DNA of 63,092 bases, counting the filler, from Reclinomonas americana ATCC 50394 (taxonomy: Eukaryota): NCBI GenBank assembly GCA_048213135.1. It is 11 parts of 11 records of this genome, joined end to end, with 100 filler letters (N's around TTAATTAATTAA, not from the genome) between each part and the next. Parts side by side here need not be neighbours in the genome. Positions count along the whole stretch, not along the records: positions 2,880 to 13,095 come from AFZH01017404.1; positions 13,196 to 14,730 come from AFZH01017405.1; positions 14,831 to 21,221 come from AFZH01017406.1; positions 21,322 to 31,108 come from AFZH01017407.1; positions 31,209 to 37,810 come from AFZH01017408.1; positions 37,911 to 45,047 come from AFZH01017409.1; 5 more parts are not named here. One strand, given 5' to 3'. This document shows, one piece after another, positions 11,944 to 38,466 of this stretch (within the stretch, counting starts at the first letter, position 1; each line of letters begins with the position of its first letter). Both the position numbers and the translations under genes were made by a program. The notes below the pieces were generated by a model. That model had not been told where the DNA came from. It made no database searches and was given only the letters and a program-made list of their open reading frames with translations.

Positions 11944-13095
11944 TCAGTCGCGCTTCTCCATGATGCCCGCAAAGAGGTCGACGCGGCGATCTTGCAGGTA
12001 GGGATTGCGCATGGCGTCGTCGACGTGGTGCTCCGTGAACGGGTTGAAGTTCACGACAAACACGTACTCGTCGTCGCCGAGGCTGAGCTGCTGTCGCAGC
12101 GTCTCGGTCAGCGCAGGATCGTAGGCCTCGGGATCGTCGTAGCGGATCTTCTTCGAGTCGGCGCCAGAGGCGGAGGCATACGCCGGCAACGAGCACAGCA
12201 CGGTGCCGTCGGGCGCCGCCGCCGTGCTGCCGCCACTAAAGGTGCCCGAGAGCTGAATGGCGTCGGGCGCGTCGGGCACCGGCGGCACCGCCGACGACGG
12301 GTAGTTGACAAAGAACACTCCAATGTGGTTCTCGACGGCGCGTGTCGACACAATGCAGCGCGAGGTGAGACCGTGCGCCTCGGCCGACGCCATGACGGCA
12401 ATCACCATCTTCGCGCCGCGAGTGGCATAGATGCGCGACGGCTCCGGAAACTCAATGTCGAAGCACACCAGCAGGCCGATCGGGATATCAGGAAAGCCTG
12501 TTTGAAGGGGGTCAGTGTCGTTTTGCAGCGATGAAGGGCTCTGCAACAACAACACGCTGCGTACCATGCAGGCACACGGGGGTGTACGGGTCATTCAACA
12601 CGTTGCTCATGGCGTACGGAGTGAGCGGGCCAGGGCCGGGCCGGAACACCACCTTTTCGTACTCACAGCCCCACAAGTGCGACTTGCGGTAGTTGGCCAG
12701 CAGCGCACCATCGATATCAAACAGCGCAAACGAGTTGTACACCTCATCGCCACTCGCGCTCTTCACCAGCTCCGCATACGGGAAACCAATGGCCACACCG
12801 GCCTCGCGCGCTGCACGCGCGACCGCGAGCAGTGGGTGTGAGTCGTCGTGCATCGGAGTCGGCAGCTCCACTGCACATCGACGCATCACCGTCGGGCCCA
12901 CGTGGTACCCGCTCAGATAGGTCTCTGGGAAGAGCACCAAGTCGGCGTGATCACGCAGCGCAGAGGCCACCTGCAAGACAGAGAGAGAGAGAGGGTGAGT
13001 CAACACACAGGGCGGTGTTTTTCCGTCTCCGCGCGTACCTGCTGCACACGTGCCACATTGGCAGCCGTGTCTCCGGGCACGGCATGGAGTTGACT
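11944..13095 (-). CDS. Nitrilase/carbon-nitrogen hydrolase, R-amidase-like; 5' end in gap
   Basis: DLVLFPETYLSGY, NYRKSHLWG, catalytic LLVCFDIEFPE, TRAVEN, and NPYLQDRRVDLF C-terminal motif. Confidence 0.88.
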
Positions 13096-13256
13096 NNNNN
13101 NNNNNNNNNNNNNNNNNNNNNNNNNNNNNNNNNNNNNNNTTAATTAATTAANNNNNNNNNNNNNNNNNNNNNNNNNNNNNNNNNNNNNNNNNNNNAGAGA
13201 GCGCGCATGACGTCGCGAAGTCACCATATTACATTATAGACAACCGACTTCCGCGA

Positions 13257-14456
13257 ATGTTGCGCGTTCCTCCGCCCCTCTCTGGCTCATTACGCAGCAA
13301 CAGCCGCTCGCCCAATGACACCTCCCAAGGCTCCTCACCGAGCTCAGGCACCACTCCACGCGGCACCAAACCCTCTCCCTCGCCTTCCGCGGCCTCCGCA
13401 GCAGCTGCTGCGGCCTCTGCACACTCGCCGCCCTCCGGCATCTCCCCACGCAGCAACAGCATGCGCCGCGCCAGCGACGTCTCCGCAGTCGCCGCCGCCG
13501 CCGCCGCCATGATGCAGCTGCACAGTCCCTCCACGGCCTCCACACCCTCCTCCACTGCCTCTGCGCGACGACGCAGCGGTGGAGGCGGAGGAGGCCACTC
13601 GCGACACGACTCGGCCTCGTCTGTCTCCGCCGGCGGCTCTCCATCGTCGTCCTCACGCAGCCCAGGGACACCACCAGCACTGCGCCGCTCGGGCTCGGGG
13701 CACTCGCGACACACCTCGCTGGCGCTGGATCTGCGCGTGGCCAGCAGTGGCGACAGCAGTACGTTGTCTGCGTTTTCTCCGACGGCGGTGTTGGGGGCGT
13801 TGGCGGTGCCGGTGCGCGCTGATGTGGAGCATACGTTGCGGGAGGCGGGCGATGATGTGTTGGGGGTGGCGTTCAACCCGAATGTGGGCTGTGAGGCGTT
13901 GCTGGCTGAGGCCTCGCGTGATGGGCATGTGCGGGTGTGGGATACGGAGAGTGGGCGCTGCTTTGCGACGCTGCCGCATGGCGGGGAGCCGGTGTTTGCC
14001 GTGGCGGTGAGTCGATTTCTTCCTTTTTTGTTGTTGTTGTTGCTGGTTGTCTCATCGCGTTTATGTCAGTGGATGTACGGGTATCGCGGCCACTTGCTCG
14101 TTGCGGGAACTCGTGATGGACGAGTCACGGTGTGGGATTTCATGCGCAGCAAGTGCGTGTCGTCGTTCACCGGCGCCAACAAGTCGTTTGTGTGGGGCGT
14201 ATCCACGTGCTCCAAGGGCGACCTGATTGTTTCCGGTAAGTGTGTGTGTGTGTGTTTTTGCTCCTCGCGTTGCTGTTTCCTTGTCACTCACTCGCCCATT
14301 TCGATGTCAGGCTGTGGCGACGGCATGGTGCGACTGTGGTCGTTCCGGGAACAGCGGGCAATTGCAAAGATGCGAGGCCATGAGGACACTGTGTGGCGCG
14401 TGGTGCGTGTATGTCGATTGTCGTCTCCGTTGGCTCCGCTGGGAGATCCTCATGCT

Positions 14457-14499
<43 letters not shown>

Positions 14500-14730
14500 G
14501 CGTTTAGCACGGAGGGAGACCGAGTGGCCTCTGCCTCCGAGGATCAAACGGCGCGCATCTGGTCGGTTTCGGAGCGCTCCTTTGTTGCCACTCTGCGTGG
14601 TCACACGGCAGGCGTGTGGGGTGTGGCGTGGAGTCCAGATGATCGGTGCGTTCTGTTTCACTGTCTTCCCCAAGGATCTATGTCCCTCCTCTCACCGCGT
14701 GTGTGACACAGGTACGTACTCACATCGTCT
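13257..14730 (+). CDS. WD40-repeat protein with Ser-rich N-terminus, 3' truncated
   Basis: ASRDGHVRVWD, GTRDGRVTVWD, GCGDGMVRLWS, GHEDTVWRV, ASASEDQTARIWS, GHTAGVWGVAWSPD. Confidence 0.85.
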
Positions 14731-14830
14731 NNNNNNNNNNNNNNNNNNNNNNNNNNNNNNNNNNNNNNNNNNNNTTAATTAATTAANNNNNNNNNNNNNN
14801 NNNNNNNNNNNNNNNNNNNNNNNNNNNNNN

Positions 14831-16080
14831 TTTCACGACTCTGCAAACACCCATTCGTGAGTACACTCGTGCGGTGTCAGCGTGCACATTGATCAGGCGC
14901 CTGCACACCTTGGTCTTCTCGTAGCGTGCCAGTGTCGAGTTCTGTTCCAAATCGTTGCCGTAGTTTTGCACAAACGGCGCCACATCGGCCAGATGCAGAT
15001 GCCTGACGCGGCGCCACAAATCATTGGCGTCGCCAATCACACCCTTCTGGCGACCGCCGAGACCCGTAGCATCCTCGCTGGACTCGTACTCGTAAATGTT
15101 GTTTTCGATCTTTAGCATGTCGCGAGCCAACGACTGGAAGTGGTAATCGTGGTACACGGGAGTAACCATGTCGTACCGTCGGTCAATGATCAACAGAGTG
15201 CCACGCTCTGGCACAGGCTGCAAAGAGAGAGATACGTGATCTACACACACCACACGCACATTTGCACAACAGAAACGCACCACAAACGAGTTGGGTTTCG
15301 ACAAGAAGTTCTCCATCAGCGCCTCGAAACGCTGCGCCAGCACCTCACACGACTCGTCGCCGACCGAGTAGCGCACGTGCGGGAACTCGTGGAACGTGGT
15401 GCACACGGTGACGAGACGCTCGCCGAGCTGCGACAGCTCCTGATCGCGTTTCACAAAGGCGTAATCGCTGTCCGAGTACATCCGATAGAAGCTCTCTGGC
15501 CGACCCAGCGAGAACACTCGGCTCTCCATCACCCAGTAGTCGAGATTGAGCTCGTGAATGTTGTGCAGGTACTTGGCCACACGCGGCTCCTCCAGCGCCA
15601 TGCGCAGATTCTTGCCGACCGCCGACGTGAAACACACCCACGCCGAGTTGTACATGGGGCCGTCACGAGACGCCGTCAAGTCCGCCACAATGGCTCGCAC
15701 CGAGGCCTCTGTCGGCTGGATAAAGTACACGGCCTCCAGGTCGGGGAAGGGCTCACGCCGAAGCTCCAGCCGTTCAATCACTGCACTCATGGGGCGATGA
15801 TTACAATGACAACGATGATGATGTCAAAGGCGACGCCTGCCTCACCAGAGATGTTGGTGTCCATGACGTCGCGCATGCCGCAGGCCGCATCAAGGACACG
15901 CATGGCGTACGCATCGACGACGAGCACGCGCCACATGCCAGCGTCCGAGGGAAGCGCGCGAAACATCTCATTCAGAATGCGCTCCTTGGACAAGCGACGC
16001 AAATCGCCTTCGTACTTGGGATGATCGGCTTCGCACTTGAAGCCGTTGCCACTGCCCGCTGCCGCTGATGACGACGCCAT
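14831..16080 (-). CDS. SEC1: Sec1/Munc18 family SM protein, paralog B; 3' half in gap
   Basis: WRVLVVDAYAMRVLDAAC, IERLELRREPFPDLEAVYFIQPT, GTLLIIDRRYDMVTPVYHDYHFQSLARDML, DLWRRVRHLHLADV. Confidence 0.92.
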
Positions 16081-16469
16081 GATGCACACCGCTGCTGGTG
16101 AATCACACACACAGGCACGCACGCGCACACAAAGGGAGAGATGGTGAGTGAGGTGCAGGCGGGGAGTGGTACGCACACGCATACAGAGACGGGCGACTGA
16201 GTGTGTGTGCGTGAGTTGTCTTGCGTCGAGTGGCAATTGACACCTCCTCTTCTCTCTCTCCCCCCACACCGTGCATGGTACTCGCTCTCGACGATGCACA
16301 TCGACGAGTGAAGGGACAGTGACTGCGACAACATGTACTCACCTTGCGTCAGCGTGTGTGAGCGTGTGTGTGTGTGTGTGTGTGAAGGACAATGCATGGT
16401 GAGTCAATACGAGGCACGAAGTAAAGAGAACACGGCAAAGGCCACCCTTCTCCTCCTCTCCCATTCACC

Positions 16470-19400
16470 ATGGGACTCGCCGTAGTCGACATGTTGCGTA
16501 CGAGAGATCGCGCGCGCGAGAGAGCAAGAGAGAGTGAGAAGTGTGAAGGACTGATGTCTGTGTGCATTCCTTGTCTTGCAGTGTGTTGATTGTGGTGTAC
16601 ATGGCTGGCATTGTGGCGGTTGGCCTGATTGCACAGCGACAGCTGAGCAAGGCCATGGCTCGAAGCAGCTCCGGAGGCGCAGAAGCTGGTCTCGGAGCCT
16701 ACTTTTTGGGTTCAAGACAGATTCCGGTGTGTGCAGAGTGTGTGCTCGCAGCGTGTGCCTGTGTACATGAGAAAGAGAGAGAGAGAGAGAGAGAGAGCAA
16801 TCTGCGACAGAAGCGCACGAGACACGGATTTGGGCTGCTGCATGCAGTTTGTCTTGTTTATTTTCTCTCTCCGCCTCGCACAGTGGTGGTGTTTGGCGGC
16901 ATCGGGAATGGCCAGTAACTTGGACGTGTCTGGTACTGTGTGGCGTGCTCTCTGCGCGCAGGGCGGGTGAAATGACTGAGTGTCGGTTTCCGTGCAGGCA
17001 CGATGATCAACACGGCATTCGTGTTTGTGATTGGCGTCAGTGGGCTGTACATTGAGGTGCGTGTGGATAACACGTATGCGTGTGAGAGAATGAGAGTACG
17101 GATCTCGTTTATAACCGGTGCTGCAGATCCGAGGCGGTGTGTCACTAATGCTGGCCTTCCTGCTCGCCTTCCAAGGCAAATGGACGCGTCGCAGCGGGGT
17201 GCGTTGTCATGTTTCTCTCTCTCGTTGTGTCTTCGTTCCCATGTGCGCTCACCAATTGCGGTAGGTGATGACCAGTGCCGAGTGGATGCAATTGCGCTTC
17301 GGCAACGGGCGCGAGGGTGATGCTGCGCGCATTCTCAGTGCGGTCGCATCGCTCATTAGCACCATTCTGCAAATCACCTACTTTGCGGTTGGTGCCGGCA
17401 AGTTCTTTGCCGAGTTCATGGACATTGGCAATTGGCTCGGCTTGTCTAATGAGGTCTGCTCCTACCACTCACACTCGATCACCACCACTCTGCTCACTGG
17501 CCAGATCAGTTTTGGTCGTCCATGATCCTGGTCGGGCTCTCCTTGATTTACACGGCAGCTTCTGGCCTCTACGGTATGTGTGTCTCCCAATTACATCACC
17601 TCTCTCTCTCTCTCTCAACCGCGCCCTGTCTGTGTGGCAGGTGTGGTGTGGACCGACGTGTTCCAGGCTCTGCTCATTCTGCTGGTGTGTTCTGTGTGCG
17701 TTCAAGCTTGCTCGCACGTGCGCGTATTCATTGTGCCCGCGCAGAGCATTCTTTACATTGTCATTCGCGCCATGATCGAGGTGTGTGTTTATTCTACGTC
17801 AACCGCGGTCACATGTGCGTGTTTTTCATGCACGTGGCGAACAGGTGGTGCTGCCGGAGAACTTCATCGTCTCAGTGCCGCTCATTGGTGGCGGCTTCCG
17901 CGCTCACTCTGTTGACCGCGCCGACTGGACGTCGCCAGTGCCGTCGTGGTCCCTCAACTTCCCTGCAGACTCCACCTACGACATTTACAATCGATTCGGT
18001 GCGCGCCATGCGTGGATTGCTATGTTTTCTCGCAGCCGTTCATGTTGCTGACTTGTCGTCGTGCTAGGCGTGGCCATTATTTTCTACCTAAGTATGTCTG
18101 CTTTCATCTCATAGACAGCACTCGTGAAGTGCGCCACTCACACTTCTCGTGCGCAGTGAAAACCACGATAGAGGGGCTCGGTGGTCCGAGGTGTGTGCAA
18201 TGTTCGAGTCGCATCTCCTGTCACCGCCCGTCTCACTGCTCGCCACCTCGCACAGTGGCTACATGGCACAGCGGTACCTGTCGGCGAAGGACGACGTGGA
18301 AGTCGGGAAGATTACGGCACTGTGGACCGTGCTGCTTGGTTTCCGGTGGCCATTTATCGTTGGCATGGCCATGCTTGGAATCAATGCCACCGCAACGTCC
18401 ACGGTGACCATTCAGGATCCGGAGCGTGTGATCCCGGTCGTCATCAGCACACTGGTGCCCACCGGCTTCAAAGGCCTGCTGGTGGCCGCCATGTTGTCGG
18501 CCGCCATGAGCACCTTTGACTCCACGGTCAACTGTGGTGCCTCGTACTGGGTGCGCGACTTGTACCAGACGTACATTTCGCAGAATGCGACGCAGCGCAC
18601 GCTCATGTGGCACAGTCGCTTGTCGAGTGTGGCCATTGTCATTCTCGGCATCATCCCCACGCTGTTCATTTCGGACATTAACGAGATTTGGTGTGTGCAG
18701 TCGACCGCGTGCATGCTGTGAGTCGGCATTCTCACACTTGAGCAGGGGCTGGCTGACCATGAGCATTGGTGTCGGCATGTACATTCCACTTTTCCTGCGC
18801 TGGTATCACTGGCGCATCAATGGCTGGGGATTTGCTATCGGCACTGGCTGCGGCATGATTTCCGCGGTCTTCACCAAGGCCTTTGCCTCCGGCATTCCCG
18901 AGTACTATAGCTTCATCATCGCGGCCAGCATCTCGTTTGTGGGCACGATTCTGGGCTCGTGTTTCACTCCAGAAACAGACATGGGTGCGTACTCATCCTC
19001 TCCCTCCCTCCCTCTCTCTCTCTCTCCGTGCGACGTTGCTTACGGTCGTCTTGCTGTTGCTATTGTTTTGTCTCCGATAGCCGCCCTGCGCAAGTTCTAC
19101 ACGTGCACTCGGTGCGTGGCGCACGTAGTGTGTGGGCCCTGATACTGCACACACCGGCTGACTGCTGTCTCCCCTTGCATTTGCGTAGACCGTTCGGATT
19201 CTGGGGTCCAGTGCGCCACGGCATGGAGAAGGAGATGCTGAAGCGCGTGCGGAGGGAGAATGCGTGGGATATCGTCAGCTTGGTGATCGCAGTGCCTGGG
19301 CAAATTCTCCTCTTTGTGTTCCTGATGGTTCGGTGATCACCATCAGCTTTCGCAATTGTGGCTCTGCTTGTGCTAACCTGACGCGGCTCGGCTGCAGTGC

Positions 19401-19622
19401 GTGGTGGTGATGAACTGGGCGGCCTCGCTGGTGCTCGGTGCCATTGTGGCCAGCATGTTCGTCTCCCTGTACTTTGTCTGGTGGAGGCGACTGGACGACG
19501 AGGTTGTCACAGGCAAGGCGGCCACGGAAATAACAAACACCGCCATGTGGTCAGGCGACGCCGAGGAAGAGGAGACACGCCTCCGACCGGCTGGCGCGTT
19601 ATCATCGGACGGTGCCGACTGA
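16470..19622 (+). CDS. Sodium:solute symporter (SSS/SLC5 family), 16 introns
   Basis: YFLGSRQIPWW...SGMASNLDVSGTM, MTSAEWMQLRFG, YTAASGLYGVVWTDVFQ, QRYLSAK, GLLVAAMLSAAMSTFDSTVN, RDLYQTY, LRWYHWRINGWG. Confidence 0.9.
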
Positions 19623-19707
19623 TAAAGATTATTACGTCGTACAAGAGAAAGTGTATTCCAGCAACATTTTTGTCGTATTCTTGCTCCACTCTGCACTGCA
19701 GCGCAGC

Positions 19708-35198
<15,491 letters not shown>

Positions 35199-35796
35199 CT
35201 TGCACGCTGAGTGTGCAGGTTGATGAGGGAGAGTGACAAAGAGAGACAAGCGAGTCGCACGTCGGAAAAACTGCCACGACTTGTCCTTTACAGCCACGTT
35301 AACGTTGCTGCCAGAAGAGTTAACAACAAGAACAACAACTTCTAATACAGAGAGCAACACAGCTGCACGATGATCACCATCTTGAGTGAGCACCAGAAAC
35401 TGACATGCATATGTCCACATCGAGAAAAAAAGTTAACGTTGATCGCGAACAGTCGAGAAACTGCGCGCGGCTCGTGCACGTGACAAGCATAATGCCTCCT
35501 GAAAGGGAAGATGACTGTTGGAGAAGTAATATGTGTTTGTATACTGTTGGTGTGCCAAGGTCATTGTCGGCAAGGGATTTGTGGGTGTTTATCGCATTGG
35601 AATGTGGTGAATGAAGTGTTTTGTTTGTTTCAACAGTGGTGTGTGTGCAGCTAGCTACAAGCACAAAGCACTCTTTTCCCGTGAACACAAGCCAGCGGCT
35701 TCACAAATATACAGCAAGATAAATATCGATATGTGTCGTACAATTTGTTAACGTTCTTTTGCGAACCACTTGGCACCTCAGTACGTGTGCCACTCT

Positions 35797-36597
35797 TCAA
35801 GGCCTGCCAGAGTTGGCGTTGATCTTGCTGGTCATGGTCACGTCCAGCTTCAGCCCGGCGGCCTGGATGAACTCGTCGCGCTTCGCGGTCGTCTCGAACG
35901 CGAACTTGAAAGCCTGCATGGTGGAGAGAAGTGAGTTCGCCATCACCTCTTCACCTGCACAATGTGTGGGCTCACCTTGTCGCCGAGCTTCTTGACAACA
36001 ATCACGTAGCGCGCCTTGCCGGCCACCTGCACCGTCGCCGGCACCTCAAAGTAGATGTTGTTGGTGTCGTTGATCTCGAACTTCTGCTTGCCCGGCAGCT
36101 TGCCGCGCTTCCACGAGATGTTGCTGCTCTCACGCAACACACATGTAAGCACAAATGCACGTGCTCCCAAGGAGAGAGAGAGTGTGTGTGTGTGTGTGAC
36201 GCAACACCACGGGCTTTGGTGCCACGCCATGCACAGCCGGCGGTGTCACTGTGGTGAGATCGACATCGCGCAGCTCCCAGTTGGTGTACGTCCTCTGCTT
36301 GCCGCCCTTGGAGCACTTGTACACGGGGAACACGGCCGTGGCCTCGACCATCTCCTCCTCGTCCTCGTCGTCCTCCTCCTCCTCTGCCTCGAAGAAACCG
36401 AGGGCTGGTGTGGTGGCGACAAGTGAGAGACAAGGAGAGAGAAGAGGGAGAAGAAGGGAATGCACGCAACCGTCGAGGTCCTTGATGCTCTCCACCATCT
36501 CCTCACGCGTCATGCGTCGTGCGTCAGTGGTGCCTGCCAGCAGTGCCACTGCGGCCACGAGTGCGGCGAACAGCAAAACGACGGAAAAGGCACGCAT
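35797..36597 (-). CDS. Signal-peptide protein with acidic segment and PH-like domain (~195 aa)
   Basis: Signal peptide MRAFSVVLLFAALVAAVALLAGTTDA; EEEEDDEDEEE; VYKCSKGGKQRTYTNWELRDVDL...AFKFAFETTAKRDEFIQAAG. Three introns; strongly G/C-ending codons. Confidence 0.7.
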
Positions 36598-37017
36598 GCT
36601 TTGCTCACGATGAGAAACTCAATGTGTGTGAGAGATATCTTGGGTTGGATATCGCGAGCACCCGTACGTGCGTGGCTGCATGCAATGCTTGGAGATGTGC
36701 GGGCTTCCGCTCACTCAGCACCAAGCTGAAGATGCACGCGGGGGAAACTGCAGACGCGCTGCCAATGACCACTGGTTGTTGCTGTTCGGCGCACGAGTAT
36801 TCTACAGTGAGAAACGCATTCGTAATTCCAACATCGTTAACGTCGCCACTGCCAGTACCCATGCCAAAGAATGCAAAGGTAGCTTCTCGGACCGTCGACA
36901 AGTCGATGAAGATGGTGAGCGACTTTGTTCCTGCTTGGCTATCTGTTAGTCATGACGAGAAGTTCTCAACCTCGAGTATGGTCAGTGAATTCCAGAAAGA
37001 GAGAGACGGACCTCAGC

Positions 37018-37156
37018 GTGTCACGATGCCTGTCTCCGTGCACCTCACACCTCACCAACACCTCCAGATACAGTCGCTCGGATTCGGCGGGACTTATTGA
37101 GAGTGAGAGAGACAGTGTCTCGATGCCTGTCTCCGTGCACCTCACGCCTTACCAGA
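37018..37156. repeat. Imperfect ~40-bp direct repeat, two copies about 97 bp apart
   Basis: GTGTCACGATGCCTGTCTCCGTGCACCTCACACCTCACCA versus GTGTCTCGATGCCTGTCTCCGTGCACCTCACGCCTTACCA. Confidence 0.85.
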
Positions 37157-37312
37157 ATGATAGAGAGACAGACAGCTGCAAGAACGGTAACGAGATCCAA
37201 CCTCCCGGTTGCGAATACCACTGCAAACACCCAAGCTGTCACGAGTACACTCTGCCAGACAGAGTCTCCCCACCAGAAAGCCAGGTAAAAGAAGTAGAAA
37301 GAAAAACACAAA

Positions 37313-37756
37313 CTAAAACAGCAAATCGTCGTCCTTCTTGCCGCCGATTATGCTGAGTGAGGCGGGTGCGTCGCCACGTTGAATCATCTCGGCCTCGACG
37401 GCACCAAACTCCTCCTTCAGCTGCTCCAGCTCCTCCTCGGCCTTGGCCTTCTTCTTGCCCTGCACCTTCTTCAAGCGGAAGAACTCCTCACGATCCAACT
37501 CGTCGAGCTCCGAGATAATGTACTGGATGGTGCCCTCGATACGCGGCGTCACCACCTTTTCCAGCGCATTCACACGTCGATTGGTGACCTTGATGGCCAG
37601 ATCGAGCGTCAAGAACGATGTTTGCAAGCCGGCCAGCAGAATCAGCTCCTCCATCAGCTTCGAGTACGCAGTGCGGCATCGTCGAATGTAGTCACCACCA
37701 CGTGCCAAACCCGTCATCTCCATGCCTGCACCACCAAACCAGAAGTCAGTCGAGAT

Positions 37757-37810
<54 letters not shown>

Positions 37811-38323
37811 NNNNNNNNNNNNNNNNNNNNNNNNNNNNNNNNNNNNNNNNNNNNTTAATTAATTAANNNNNNNNNNNNNNNNNNNNNNNNNNNNNNNNNN
37901 NNNNNNNNNNGACCCACACTCTCCATCACTGCGTAGCTAAAGTTGCCGGCCTGTGCATGAGTACGAGTGTGAATGAGCATGCAAACCCACGCTATTTTTG
38001 ATGATGTTTTGCCTCATACCTGGAACTTTGCCTCGGCGAGTGATATGGAGGCGTCGGGGAACGACTTGCCGACATTGGTCTTGGTGTCGGCGATCTTTTG
38101 CAGAATCGCTCGAAAGCGCACCGTCAGTGCGTCAGACTTCTTCTTCAACAATGAGTGGCCCTTCTTGGCACCGACAAGACGCTAAAGACACACAAACATG
38201 GGTGTGTGTGTGATTGGCGAGAAGAGCAGGGCGTGCGTGTGTTTGTCAACAAACCTGCTTCATGGACATCAGCGTCATGCGGCTCGGCAGCACCGGCAAC
38301 CGCGACTTGGTATCTGACGACAT
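37313..38323 (-). CDS. ATP6V1D: V-type H+-ATPase subunit D (spans a gap)
   Basis: [35 protein letters not shown] ... [26 protein letters not shown]...[19 protein letters not shown], ending DDDLLF*. Confidence 0.97.
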
Positions 38324-38466
38324 TCGAGAGGTGTCTCTTGCTGCTTACTAGTGCACAAAGAGACGCGCGGGGTGGTGGGTGATGGAGAAGAGTGTGCGTG
38401 AGTGTGAAATGGGACAATGCAAGATGTGACTCACGCGGATTGTCACATCACACACACACGTGAAGC

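Noticed and set aside
38457..38463. CACGTGA E-box/CLEAR-like motif before cathepsin Z
   Set aside because: It lies 3 nt from the ATG at the end of a CA repeat, and CACGTG is frequent in this sequence.
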